A stretch of DNA of 64,000 nt from Octopus sinensis (lineage: Eukaryota). The translations under genes and the position numbers were made by a program. The stretch covers positions 213,032,001-213,096,000 of the forward strand of contig NC_042997.1 of the NCBI RefSeq assembly GCF_006345805.1, in the 5' to 3' direction. The notes under the pieces were generated by a model that searched no databases, was not told the DNA's origin, and worked only from the letters and a program-made list of their open reading frames with translations. Of this stretch, positions 46,850-60,894 are shown one piece after another. Position 1 is the first letter of the stretch. Every line of letters starts with the position of its first letter.

Positions 46850-49800
46850 AGTTCAGTACACTGAAAGGTAGGTCTAGTGAGATTGTTGAGATGCTTGAAC
46901 GGAGATGTGTCGATATGTGCTGCATCCAAGAAGTAAGGTAGAGAGGAGGTTCTGCTAGGTTCCTCACAGGCAAAGAACATAGGTACAAGATTTTCTGGGC
47001 AGGCAACACTGACGGGGTTGGGGGTGTGGGTATACTTTTTGCAGAAAAATGGTTAGATAAGGTAATTGAGGTAGTCAGAGGATGCGACAGAATACTTAAG
47101 ATTAGATTAGTGCTTCATCATGGGTTAGCAACCATTATCTCGGCCTATGCCCCTCATCCAGGGCTACCCGATGGACAGAAAACCGATTCTATGACACCCT
47201 CTTGCAGACTACCTTGTTGACGAATGACGGGGACCTTCTCTTTGTGGCTGGTGATTTCAAAGGACATGTTGGACAACATACAGGGGGCTTCCATGGCGTA
47301 CATGGAAGCTATGGTTTTGGTTCCCGCAATGAGGAGGGAACCAGGCTGCTGGAGTTCTTCGATGCAAATGATCTTATGGTTTGCAATACTAACTTCAGGA
47401 AACCTGCCTACCGTTCTGGCAGACACACTAGCCAAATTAACTACATCCTCACCAGAAAAAGAGAAAGACGGCTGCTTATAAATGCCAAAACCATCCTAGG
47501 TGAAGAATGTACACCACAACATAGACTGTACACCACAACGACCAGCATGGAGGAGAAGGATCTGGAAGCTTAAAGATCCTGCGAATGGACAGAGATTTAG
47601 AGACATATTACTCAAAGCCTTTGATGAAATAGAAGGGGATATAGCTTCACATAATGTAGAAGACAACTGGAGGTTTCTACAGGACAACCTGCTGAGAGCC
47701 ACTGACCAGATCTGTGGATGGTGCAAAGTCCCCTCTCGACCCAAAATAACGTGGTGGTGGAACAATGTTGTACAAAGGGTATTAGTGAAAAGAAACAGGC
47801 TTGGAAGGACTGGAAGAACAGTGGTAGCAGGGAATTGTATCAGACTGCCAGAAGGAAAGCTAGGAGACAGGTCTATTTAGCCAGAGGGGAAGCAGATATG
47901 AAAAAATTTGCCAATGTTCTCTGCCGTGCGGACCAAAGACTTGAGGTATTTCGTGTTGCAAGACAGTGCGTGAGAGAGAATCGTGATGTGGTAGGAGAGA
48001 AATGTGTTGCATGGATGATGGTTCACTTGCACTAAATGAGGCTGCAAAGAGAGAGGTTTGGAGACGCCACTATGAAAGGTTGCTGAATAAAGAAAATGAA
48101 TGGGAGAAAGATAGTCTGCCGAATGTCGACCCAACAGAGGGACCAGCTATCCGAGTTAACAGTACCTTGGTAGATAAAGCAATTAAGAGTATGAAGACAG
48201 GGAAAACCCCCGGCCCATCAGAAATCACTGCAGAGATGCTCAAAATATCTGGCATTGCCGGTTATAGCTTAGTCACCCATATAGTTAACCAGGTAATACA
48301 TAAATGAGTCATACCCAATGACTGGTGTAGCAGCATAATAGTCAACTGCTACAAAGGTAAAGGTGACACTTTAGAAACAAATAATTACAGAGGTATCAAG
48401 CTGTTGGATCAAGTAATGAAGGTTATGGAGAGGGTCATAGTCCAACTAATTAGGGAGAGAGTCAGTTTGGATGAGATGCAGTTTGGGTTCGTGCCAGGGA
48501 AAAGTACCACTGATGCCATATTTCTGGTAAGACAGCTGCAGGAGAAATACCTAGCCAAAGATAAGCACCTGTACCTGGCTTTCATTGACATGGAGAAAGC
48601 ATTTGACATGGTCTCCCGATCCCTTAGCTGGTGGTCAATGTGGAAACTAGGGATAGATGAATGGTTAGTGAGAGCCATGCAAGACATGTACGGGGACGCT
48701 GTCAGTAAGGTAAGGGTTGGCAATGAGTACAGTGAAGAATTCCGGGTAGAGGTAGGGGTCCATCAAGGTTCAGTCCTCAGCTCCTTCCTATTTATCATAG
48801 TCCTCCAAGCAATAAGGGAGGAATTCAAGACAGGATGCCCCTGAGAGCTCCTCTATGCTAATGACCTTGCTCTAATTGCTGAGTCACTATCAGAACTAGA
48901 GAAGTTTCAAGTGTGGAAAGAAGGATTAGAATTGAAGGGCCTTAGAGTCAACCTAGCTAAAACCAAAGTCCTAATAAGTAGAAAGGCAGGCAAACCACAA
49001 ATCCCTTCAGGTAGATGTCCCTGCTTGATCTGTAGAAAAGGCATAGGTAGAAACTCTATAAGATGTACCCAATGTAAGCTATGGACACATAAGAGGTGCA
49101 GCAATGTTAAAGGAAGGCTAACTGGGAAGATAGTTTTTGTATGTGGCAGATGCTCAGGAGCAATAAACACTGGAAATGTGCAGAGACCAACTTCCACCAC
49201 ATTCCAGGAAGAAAAACTAGAAGTAGTTGATAGCTTCCGTTACCTAGATGACCAAGTCAGTAGTGGGGGAGGGTGCGCTGGAAGTGTATCTGCTAGAATA
49301 AGAATAGCCTGGGCAAAGTTCAGAGAGTTCTTACCTCTGCTGGTGACAAAGGGCCTCTCGCTCAGAGTAAAAGGTAGACTGTATGACGCATGCGTGTGAA
49401 CAACCATGCTACATGACAGTGAAACATGGGCCGTGACTGCTGATAATATGCGTAAGCTCACAAGAAATGAAGCCAATAGGCTCCGATGGATGTGTAATGT
49501 CAGTGTACATACTCGACAGAGTGTAAGTACCTTGAGAGGAAAGTTGGACTTAAGAAGCATTAGATGTGGTGTGCAAGAGACGACTGCATTGGTATGATCA
49601 TGTGGCAAGAATGGATGAGGATAGCTGAGTGAAAAAGTGTCACACCCTCGTAGTTGAGGGAATCTGTGGAAGAGGTAGACCCACGAAGACCTGGGATGAG
49701 GTAGTGAAGAACGACCTTCGTACTTTAGGTCTCACCAAGGAAATGACTAGTGACTGGAACCTTTGGAAATATGCTGTGCTTGAGAAGACTTGGCAAGCTC

Positions 49801-50410
49801 AAGTGTGACCATAACCTTGTGGCCTATGCCAAGGGTGCAACCAGTCCATTTATGCCTACCTTTCCTTCATTGGACACTAAACTCTGCTTGCGAAGACCTG
49901 TAGAGGCAAGTGAAATCAAAATTGAAATTGAAATCAAATTCAATGACTGGCATCGGTGCTAGTGGAGCGCTAAGAGCACCATCCAAGTGTGATCATTACC
50001 AGAGCAACCAACTGTCCTCTGTGCCGGTGAAATGTAAAAAGCACCATTCAAGCATGATTGGTACCTGTGTCACCTTACTAGCACTTGTGCTGGTGGCATG
50101 TGAAAAAACATTCGAGCGAGGTCGTTGCCAGTGCTGCTGGACTGGCTCTTGTGCAGGTGGCACATAAAAAGCACCATTTTTGAGTGTGGCCATTGCCAGT
50201 ACCGCCTGACTGGCCCTTGTGCCAGTGACACGTAAAAGCACCCACTACACTCTCGGAGTGGTTGGCGTTAGGAAGGGCGTCCAGCTGTAGAAACTCTGCC
50301 AGATCAGATTGGAGCCTGGTGCAGCCATCTGGTTCGGCAGACCTCAGTCAAATCATCCAACCCATGCTAGCATGGAAAGCAGACGTTAAACAATGATGAT
50401 GATGATGATG
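46850..50410 (+). mobile_element. near-full-length but disabled RTE-clade LINE (APE, RT with internal PHD finger, 3' UTR)
   Basis: APE: CCIQEVR, GVGIL, ISAYAP, VAGDFKGHVG, GSRNEEG. RT: QFGFVPGKSTTDAIF, FIDMEKAFD, GVHQGSVLS, LYAND (48854-48865, catalytic D changed to N). PHD at 49022-49153. Several stops and frameshifts, and a (gat)n tail. Confidence 0.95.
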
Positions 50411-51074
50411 TACAGGATGAGTGCACATACTAGGCTTGGTGGCAGGCATTGAGAGAGAGAGAAAGAGTCTATGTGTTCATGTGCGTGTGTGTAAACTTCC
50501 GTAATGATATCAACTCAAAGTAATTTTGTTCTCAACTTTTAAACTTTTGAATCTTGTTTTTAATTATATTTTAAGGTAATAAATATTTTTCCTTTGATAA
50601 TTGCTATTTGTTTCCCTCATTTTGTATAAACACCAAGAAATTTGATAAAAGTTTAACTGTAAATTTTGCATGTCTGAGGTATTTCTTGATATTACCCCTG
50701 AAGGAAAAAGTATACCTCCAAAGCTACCCATCATATAAGAGTAAACCTCTGGTACATTTATATATGATGATAATGATGATGATGACTGTCCACGTATGAA
50801 TGAGGAAAACCATCACTGCTATTGCCAGTGCAAAATGCCATCAATGCCCATGCCGCCTGCCTGGTATTGTACCACCTGTTGGTTTCATCTGGTTTCACAC
50901 CAACAACTTCCATGCTCAACACAGTGTCCTTCTGATCGACTTGGCATCAGATTGTTAACTTGCAGGCAATTGCACAACCTAAAATTTTAGGTTCAATATG
51001 CGTTGCCCAGCACTTCACAAATCCTCTCCACTCTATTGGCATGACCCTGAGACAAGCCAGGGCAAGCCGAGACA

Positions 51075-51470
51075 AGCCAGGAGTGGCTGTGTCGTAAGTA
51101 GCTTGCTTACCAAAGACTTGGTTCCGGGTTCAGTCCCACCACGTGGAACCTTGGGCAAGTGTCTTCTACTATAGCCTCGGGCCAACCAAAACCTTGTGAG
51201 TGGATTTGGTTGACGGAAACTGAAAGAAGCCCGTCGTATATATGTATATATATGTGTGTTTGTGTGTCTGTATTTGTCCCCCCAACATCGCTTGACATCC
51301 GATGCTGGAGTATTTACGTTCCTGTAACTTAGAGGTTCAGCAAAAGAGACCGGTAGAATAAGTACTAGGCTTACAAAGAATAAGTCCTAGAGTCGATTTG
51401 CTCGGCTAAAGGCGGTGCTCCAGCATGGCCACAGTCAAATGACTGAAACAAGTGAAAGAGTAAAAGAGAA
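51075..51470 (+). mobile_element. SINE family A
   Basis: caggagtggctgtgtcgtaag...gactgaaacaagtgaaagagtaaaagag. Confidence 0.9.
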
Positions 51471-52094
51471 TATTCAGTACCAATAGGGGTCAGTATTGCA
51501 TTTTATCATTTGTTCTAGTCTTGTAATGTAAAAAGAGAAAACTATTTACCATCATTTTGGTTCAATTTTTACAACTTACACAATATTAAGCATCTTTAGA
51601 TAAAATTCCTTGATTTCCAAAGGTAAATACTAGCTGAACCCTACACCTCATCTGTTCCATTATCAACATGACATTAACATTATTCTTTCTAAAGATCATA
51701 TCTCTTAATTAGATTTATCGATACGTTAGCAGTGAGCCCTGTGTCCAACTTGTGACACGTGGGATTCAGATTCAAAATAACTTAATTGTGTAATATTGTT
51801 CAAGCAAAGAAAGTGTTAGAATCACTGATGCCGTTCCAAAGATTAGCCATATCGGTGGTGCACCAGGTTCCAACATGAAAGAGAATTAGCTACAGAGATA
51901 AGCTGGTTCATTATTTATAGCCTTCACCAGATTATAGCCTCTAATTCTTCTTGCTTTTGATCTACAACAACCCCCTTAACTCTCTCTCTCTCTCTCTTTC
52001 TGTCTCTCTCTGTCTCTCTCTCTCTCTCTCCTTCTATATACGTAACACAGGTACATCAAGGTTCTCCATGATAATTATTTCTGTGCGCTTGAAT

Positions 52095-52335
52095 GTGTGC
52101 ACACACACACATGCACACGCACACACATGCATACATACATACATGCACACACACACGCGCACACACACACACACATGCATACATACATACATGCACACAC
52201 ACACACACACGTGCACACACACACATGCATACATACATACACACACACACATGCGCACACACACATGCATACATACATACATGCACACACACACACGCAC
52301 ACACACACACACACACATGCATACATACATACATG

Positions 52336-52366
<31 letters not shown>

Positions 52367-52593
52367 GCACGCACACACACATGCATACATACATACATGC
52401 ACACACACACGCGCACGCACACAAATGCATACATACATACATGCACACGCACACACGCGTGCGCACACATGCATACATACATGCACACACACATGCGCAC
52501 GCACACACACACACACATATACATACATACATACATGCACACACACGCAGTCACACACACACACACATGCACACACACACACACACACACACA
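52095..52593. repeat. compound CA/CATA/CG microsatellite with a higher-order unit
   Basis: The block acatgcatacatacatacatgcacacacac(g) recurs about ten times with variable CA/CG length. Confidence 0.92.
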
Positions 52594-53479
52594 CAGCTCC
52601 TGGGAAGCTTTTCCATGCTGTTCTTCCACAATTATTCACCTGTTTATAGCCATTTTCTGATATTTCTCATTGAATCCCTTTATTCTTACAGACCCCAGCC
52701 AATGAGTGCTCCAGCTGACAGTCTTTTCCTGGTTGTTGTTGTTATTGATGTTGATGATCTTGTTGATGATGGTGTTGTTGTAGATGTTGTTGTTTTGTCC
52801 TAATCCAACTGACCTGGTATCATATACATTCCAACTGTGACAATCTCATCTTTCTCTTGAATTTTGTCTACCAAGGGCTACACTGCCCAATGTGACCCTT
52901 CTTTTTAAGATAGTGATTTGAGGAAGATTTGGCTGCTATTTCTAGCAAGTCATACCACAACAAAGAGCCTGACTTACTGTTATGGATTGGAGAACTGACA
53001 GATTCAGGACAATTGCTAAACATGGTAATTCTCCTCACCCACCCACACACTCCAGATGATTCAGCCTCAGACCCTCTTCCATCTCTTAGCAATATCCAAC
53101 CCATTTAAAGATGGTAGATTAGCAGAATCAGTAGAGCAACAAACGAAGTATTATATTCACACATACTATTGACAGGGAGTATTATGTTCCGAGATCAAAT
53201 CCCTTCAAGGTCAGATAAAATAAAAGGATGATAAATTAAAATACCAGTTAACTACTGGGGTCAACTGATACTCCAAGTTTTCATATCCTTGAGGGCATCT
53301 TCTGTCAATTTGCATGGGGCTCAATGAAGGTTGGTCTACCACATTAAAGAAATCCCACTTTTACTGATTCAGGCCCTCACTGAATTAGCCAAAGTAGGGT
53401 TTCTCAGCTAAAACATTAAATCTATAAAGTCTAATTTGCTCTACGGTTATATTCAACTTATAAAAAGTCCTCTTTGGAT

Positions 53480-56430
53480 CGATAGCTTCATTGATCTTCG
53501 AGTCTGAAGATATATTCCCAAAACGAAGAGAGAACAAGGCTACTGGAGTTCTGTGATGCAAATAACCTAATGATCTGCAACACGAACTGCAGGAAGCCAA
53601 CCAGTCACCTGATAACCTATCAATCAGGTGACTACACTAGCCCAGATTGATTACATTCTTACCAAACAGCAAGACACATGATCGCTCATAAATGCAAAGA
53701 CCCTCCCTCGTGAAGAATGTACCCCCTAGCATAGAGTAGTCATTAGTGACTTTGGACTTCAAGCCAGAAGGTTGCCTAGAAGTAGATCTGTCTGAAAAAG
53801 AAGAATCTGGAAACTTAAGAATCCTTTATATGGTCAGAGATTTAGGGACATCCTAACTGAGGAATTTGACGAGAAGGAGGAGAGGAACTACAGACTTGTA
53901 GCATAGAGTGCAACTGGGAATTCCTTCAGGACAACTTGCTGAGTGCCACAGACCAAATCTGCAGCTGGTGCAAAGTCCCAACCAGACCTAGGGTGAGGAA
54001 GTGGTGATGGAGCGATGCTGTAGACAAAGTCATTAGAGCAAAGAAGCAAGACTAGAAGGGTGGTGGTAGCAGGGAACTATATTAGGTACCTAGGAGGGAG
54101 GCTAGAAGACTGGGGTGTATTTCGCAGAGAAGAGAAGCAGAGGAAGTTTTCCAATGTTCTCCATCATGAAGACCAGGGGCTTGAAGTGTTTCAGATTGCA
54201 AGACAGTGTGTCAGAGAGAATTGTGATGTGGCAGGAGAGAAATGCGTTTGCATGGATGATGGTTCATTGGCAGTTAGTAACCCTCCAAAGAAGGAGGCTT
54301 GGAAATGCCGCTATGAAAGGCTACTAAATATGGAGAACTCATGGAAGAGGGAGAGTCTGTTTAATGTGGATCCAACAGAGGGACCGGCAATCCAAATACA
54401 CAATAGAATGGCAAACAAAGCCATGAAGGATATGAAGATAGAAAAAGCCCCCTGGCCCTCTAGAATAACGACTGAGATGTTTAAAATATCTGGCGATGTG
54501 GGTTATGGTTTAGTCACTTGTATAGTTAATCAGGTTGTACATGAAGGAGTTATACCCAGTGACTGGTGTAGCAGCATAATAGTCAACTGCTATAAAAGTA
54601 AAGGTGATGACTTAGAACTAATTACAGGGCATCAAGTTGTTGGATCAGGTGATGAAAGTTATACAGAGGGTCATTGCCCAACTAATTAAGTACAGGGTTA
54701 GTCTATATGAAATGAAGTTTGGTTTTGTGCCAGGGAGAAGCATCACTGAAGCTATATTTCTGGTAAGGTAGCTGCAGGAGAAGTACCTAGCCAAAGCCAA
54801 ACCTCTGAACTTGGCTTTTGTTGACATGGAAAAAGCCTTTGACAGGATACCCAAGTCCTTTATCTGGTGGTCAATGTAGAAAACATAGATAGGTGAGTGG
54901 CTGGCGAGAGCTGTAGAAGCCATGTACAGGGATGTTGTCAGTAAGGTGAGTGTTGGCAATGAGTAAAACGATGAATTCAGGGTACAAGTAGGGGTTCACA
55001 AAGGATCAGTCCTCAGCCCCCTCCTGTTCATCATAGTTTTCCAGACAGAGGAATTTAAGATGGGCTGTTCTTGAGAGCTCCTCTACACTGATGACCTTGT
55101 TCTTATTGCTGAATCATTACCAGAACTAAAGAAGAATTTCCAGGTATGGAAGCAAGGTCTAGAATCGAAGGGCCTAGAATTAACCTAGCAAAAACCAAAG
55201 TTTTAGTAAGTATGAAAGCAGACAAATTGCAAATCCCCTCAGGCAGATAGCCCTGCTCAATCTGTAGAAAAGGCATAGGTAGAAACTCCATAGGATGTAC
55301 CTGGTGCAAGAGGTGCAGCAATGTCAGTGAAAGGTTAACTAGGAAAATAGGTTTTCTGTGTGGAAGGTGCACAGGTACAATAAACACTAAAAATGTACAG
55401 AAAATAGACTTCATCAAATGCCAGTGGGGTAAACTAGAGGTAGGCTTCTGTTATCTAGGTGACCAAGTCAGTAGTGGAGATGGATGCTCTGAGAGTGTAG
55501 CTGCAAGAATAAGAATAGGCTGGGCAAAGTTCAGTGAGCTCCTACCTCTGTTGGTGACAAAGGGCCTCTCCCTCAGAGTGAAAGGCAGACTATATGATGC
55601 CTGTGTGTGCACAGCTGTGCTACATGGCATTGAAACATGGGCTGTGACCATTTGTAGGTTTGAAAGAAATGAAGCTGGCATGCTTTGCTGGATGTGCAAT
55701 GTCAGTGTGCATGTACAACAGAGTGTAAGCATTTTGGGAGAAAAGCTGGGCATAAGAGGCATCAGATGTGGTGTGCAAAAGAGATGACTGTACTTGTATG
55801 GTTATGTGATGTGTTTGGGCAAGGGCAGCTGTGTAAAAAAGTGCCAATCTCTAACTGTGGCGGGAACCTTATGGAAGAGGTAGACCCAGGAAGACATGGA
55901 ACGAGGTGGTGAAGCATGATCTTCGAACGTTGGGCTTTACAGATGACTAGTGACCAAGAGCTCTGGCAATATGCTGTGCATGAGAAGAGTTGTCAGGCCG
56001 AGTGAAATCGTAGTTGTGGCCATACCAGTGCCATGTAAATGGTAGCCATGCATTGTAATCATGGTCATTGCCATGACATGCAAATGGCACCTGTGAATTG
56101 TAGTTATGGTCATCAATGGCACAATGTAAATTGGCTCCCATGCACTGCAGACATGGTTGTTGCCAGTTACATGTAAATGGCAACCACCCATGAATTGAGG
56201 TTGTAATCACTGCCAGTATCATGGAAAAGGTGCCTGTGCCAGTGATACGTAAAAGCACACTTTACAACCCAAAGTGGTTGGTGTTAGGAGGGGCATCCAG
56301 CTGTAGAAAACAAATCAGATTGGAACCTGATGCATCTCTCCAGCTCATCAGTCCCAGTCAAACTGTCTAATCCATACCAGCATGGAGAGCAGACGTTAAA
56401 TGAGGAGGATGATAATGAGGATGATGATGA
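53480..56430 (+). mobile_element. second, more decayed RTE LINE of the same family
   Basis: Late APE (LLEFCDANNLMICNT), NVDPTEGP, FVDMEKAFD, LYTDDL, PHD remnants at 55250-55370, LYDACVCTAVLHG, and tail. Confidence 0.92.
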
Positions 56431-56670
56431 TCTCTTTGTAATGTTGGCAAATGAAATAAGTATAAAAATGTACATTGTCCATTTAATAAAAAAAATTCAA
56501 TATGTGGCTGAAGATTGCTTTACATTTTAAAACTGATGTAATACTTACATTGTTTAATAAAATGAAGTAGCATGAAACGATTGTACTACACTACCTTGGA
56601 TATCCTTGTTGCTTATTTTGATTATATATATATATTATCCAAAATATACAATATTATACATCCATTACAG

Positions 56671-56760
56671 CCAATATTACCAATTGGTTTTGTGCTAGGG
56701 ATAAAACACAGTGTTAGGTAACAATCCAATTATGTAACCCTATGCTCATCAGAGGTAGCC
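56671..56760 (-). ncRNA. decayed hammerhead-like motif 3' of a Penelope relic
   Basis: Minus: CTGATGA gcataggg...ccctagc ac AAAA ccaattgg TA. Palindromic ACCAATTGGT stem III, but GAAA and stem I are damaged. Confidence 0.35.
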
Positions 56761-57149
56761 ATTATGGAATTAAGTACGGTAACAGCTGTCTATTGTTGAA
56801 GGTAAATAAACACATCCAGTTTACAGTTGCTGTGAAAAAAGATGATGAAATGCAATGAGTAAGGAAGTAAGTTAAGAGTTATGTGCCTTGGTATCAAAAC
56901 TTGCTTATGTTGCAAATCAGTAAGAACTATTGGGAAATGTGTGAGTCCTTAAGGTAGGTGTTCTTGTGGAAATGGAATATGTGTAGTGGTGCTATATATA
57001 TAACCTTTGCAGGGGGTGTGGGAATGCACATCTCTGTTCATTAGTGTGTTTTCTTTCTCTTATGTATTGGTTAAATTCGTGGCACCTTTACGTGTACTTG
57101 CAGTGTGTGTAGGGTTACAATGTGTATGGGAGTTTATAGAGAGGGTGGT

Positions 57150-57540
57150 GGAAAAGAGTCTGTTTGGTGTCTGTCATGTTGGGGCATGCTTGGGTCAAAC
57201 TCTTTACCAGACTCTAGAGTATCAGTGGAGGGCCAAATCTGGGGGACTGGTGACTGTAGTCATGATGGGATATGCAGGTATGATAGGATGTACTTCCTTT
57301 CGTGTAGACAAAGATTAAAAATTTCTGAGGTAAATGCCTGGGTGCTGGGTGCTCTTTGAAATTGCTCTTTTCTCAGTCCGGTATACCCTGCACTTCATGC
57401 TGCTATTGATCCTCTAAGATCCTCCATTTTATGTTGTACTCAGTCGTGCTTTCTTTCAAATACCAAACATGCTTGGCCAGGGTTGTGGAGTTATGTCTCT
57501 CCAGGATGTTGACGGAGAACTTGTGGTTGTTATAGCAAGT
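57150..57540 (-). mobile_element. Penelope-like GIY-YIG C-terminal relic
   Basis: TCYNNHKFS...NSTTLAKHVWYLKESTTEYNIKWRIL and NLCLHERKYI. Confidence 0.75.
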
Positions 57541-57844
57541 TATATATTTATATATCTATATATTATATATTATCTTTTAGTTTTTGGCCCTATCAACCTT
57601 CACACTGGTCAAAAAGTTCAAACAACCCTCAGTTAAACATCCTTTAATGTTCACCGAAGAAATGAATCCCTGAAGAGGATCAATTCATTGGCCACGGCTA
57701 CTACAGACTACACTGTAATCATACCACGAATACAGATTGTGATCTTAAGAGACATGGGATTTGTGGAAACATGAGTAGCAAGGCATTAAATGTTTATAAA
57801 TTTCATCCAAGGATTACTATTATTATCACTATCATATTGTATAT

Positions 57845-57907
<63 letters not shown>

Positions 57908-59487
57908 TTTCATCCCTTTCCAGCCCCATATTTGTCACTACCACCTTTTATAATGGAACCATGTAGTTCCTCTACAGTAAAACACTTGTTCTGGGCCCTT
58001 TTCTCAAACCTTAACTCCTCATCTCCTAACATAAAGCTACCTCTCTCCAATTGAAGGAGATCTCAGCATCACAAAATGCATGGCAACCTCACTAGTGCAG
58101 CTGCCTGCCATGAAATAATTGGCCAGAATATGCTGTAAAGTGGTTGGCACAAGGGAGGTTATCCAGCCATAGAAATTAGACCAAGGCAAACACTGGAGCA
58201 CAATCCTTTTCTTTTTTTTTTTTTTTGAACCATCTAATCCATGCCAGCATGGAAGCTCATCATCGTCATTATCACCAACACTACTACAACCACCACCATC
58301 TTCACCATCTTCATTTTACATCTGCTTTCCAGGCTCAGGTCTTTTGCAATTCCTACTTCCTGCTCTTTTAGTTGTGTCACATGACCATACGCTTACACTC
58401 TCTAATTGTTGACATAGATGGATGTAGATGGATGTTCCTCTTATCACCAACCATTTTCCAGAGTGTTCTGAGGGCATTTTATAATGGTGCCAGCTCTAGA
58501 GAGGTTGTCAAGACCACGACATGGCCATATGGTTCTCTCCACCTTATGTTGTCTCCGATCCTTTGCTAATCACTTTACAGAGTGATATGAAAAATTTGCA
58601 AGAAGACCTTTACACAAGGTTGTGCCAATAAGCAAAGACAAAGAAAAGAGGTTGTGTTACCTCAAATGGATTGATAAATGATTCTGTTATATTTTGGAAA
58701 AGCTTTCCTTGATTAAATATAAGACAAAAAATAATGTAAGAATTCAAATTCAAAGTGTTATTATTGGCAGGCTATTCTAATGTGTTGTGGGTGTACAGGG
58801 TGCCTGTTATTGTGACATTGGTTCTTGTGCTTTATTTGAAAATAAACAGATAGTGAATGGAACAGTTTATATGGGGGTCTTAAATAGCTCAACTGATTGC
58901 TCTATTAAGGTAATAGTTTCAATTTCAACACAAGTCCCATATTCAAGTCAGTTGTGAAACAATTACAATTCCAAAATAGCATACAACAGACATAGAAATA
59001 ACTGATGTAGATTAATATGTATTATACATTGTTTTTCACAACTAATAACTAATGCAGATTATATTATAAAACTATTGTTTCTTGTAACAGAAACATGGGT
59101 GATATAAATTATGAACTAATTTATTCCTTGGGAATTATATAATGTGGCAATTGATTAAAAATGCTATGCGATACAGCTAATCTTATTGAATTAAGGCTCC
59201 CCAGCTGCTTCCAAATCAAAACTATTGCACCAGTTTATACTGCAATATATTTTTTTTCAATAATTTTATTAATGTTTGCTTCTCCACACAAAACAGAAGA
59301 TAGAAAGAGTGAGTGGGATTCTGAAATGCTGCATCGAAAAAAGGCAAAAAACAAAAAAACCATAAGACCAGCTTTGAAATGATTATTGATGGTAATTGGA
59401 TCAATAGCAAGTAAAATGGAAATCAGGGAATTTTGAAGTGGCAGAATAGAAATATGCAGAAGCTTGTGTGAATTAATGTGATAGCAT

Positions 59488-59533
<46 letters not shown>

Positions 59534-60434
59534 ATATACGTACACACACACTTATTTTTTGTTACATTCAAATTGCCTGGGATTTTAAGTTCTACCTCAC
59601 ATTTTCTTCAACCATTAAAGAAAGCTGCACTTTTGATCATTTTTATAAGAAAGAAGATCATCAGATGATAGGAACGGAGTAGGACTGGTGTTTTACATTT
59701 GTAGAAAAAAGATTAGGATGAAAGGAAATTTTTAGAATATTTTTGGTAGGAAACTAATGAAATTGTTTAAAAGCAAAAAAAAAACTGATTCAAGAAAAAT
59801 AACAGATAAGTAGAAATTTTGAATAAATATAAGTCAGCATTTATTGAGGTGTTACAAAACACCTTGGAAGAACATCAGATGGTTGCTTAAATGGATTCGG
59901 GTAGATCAGGGTGCTAAATAAGGTTTAATTAATTGTAAGTATAAGTGATTGTATGAACTGATACATATACGTGTACAAAGTACACACTCATGCATGCACA
60001 CATGTCACAAGCACATAAGCATGCATGTATGCCATCGTAGGAAACAACAATACCAAACAACAATATTGTAACACCTACTGCAAGATGTGCCCATCAATAC
60101 CACATCTGTACAGAGTGTAAGCTCCTAGTAAAACTGGAAAAACTGTGCTACTTGTGTTTCAGAGAACAATAAAATGATGGCATCACTCCAAATTGAGTTG
60201 TAGCTATCATGTATACATGTGCTAATCTATCTATGATTATTTTAAATCTTTCTGTAAGAAAGGAGCTGGTTTTTAACAAAGATACAAAGCTCCATCATTG
60301 AGAATGTAGGTAATAAAATTAAATTCACATTTTGAACTTGACAAAAATCTTGCATATTTTTACTACCCCCCCACCACCACCACCACGACCACCACCACCT
60401 TCAATTTGGTGTTTGTGCCTACCTTTCCCTGTGA

Positions 60435-60740
60435 TCATTAATTTTGGCAGGTAACGACTGAAAGAATACAAGCAGCCAAGACAGGGTTTGTCCAAAGCAT
60501 CTCTGGAGTGACATTACTTGATGGAGTGCACAGCTTGGAGATGAGGAAGGGGCTCAAAGGAGAGCTGCTGCTTCTCTGAATTGTGACATCACAGATCTGA
60601 TACTATGGACATATGGGAAGAATGTCTAGGGTCAAAAATCACCAGACAGGTTCTATGGGCAAAACTAACCGGAGGTAATTTTGGTTCTGCCTGATAGTTG
60701 TCCAGAATGAAATAATGTTAGTTTGCCATTTGACCAAGTC
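60435..60740 (+). mobile_element. RTE (Expander/Rex3-like) C-terminal relic
   Basis: RIQAAKTGFVQSISGVTLLDGVHSLEMRKGL...LLL...SQI*YYGHMGRM. Confidence 0.65.
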
Positions 60741-60894
60741 AAGGATGCAAGGTAAACCTTCAGCTACATGATCCTTCATATTCCACATGTTATCCAAAAT
60801 GTGCAGCTTGCTAGTGATGTCGAAATGTTATGCCAATATATGTAGCCCCAAAGTTTTCCACGATGGGATCAGCTTCTGAATCTCAAACACATCA

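Noticed and set aside
46850-50410. Active autonomous RTE
   Set aside because: Multiple stops and frameshifts, and the catalytic YADD is mutated to YAND.
51951-52803. Long His/Thr and Cys/Val ORFs
   Set aside because: Artefacts of the CA/TG microsatellite. The same applies to 41573-41849, 25289-25729 and 31492-31715.
57670-57700. CTGAAGA followed by a hairpin
   Set aside because: There is no GAAA after stem II and no stem I.
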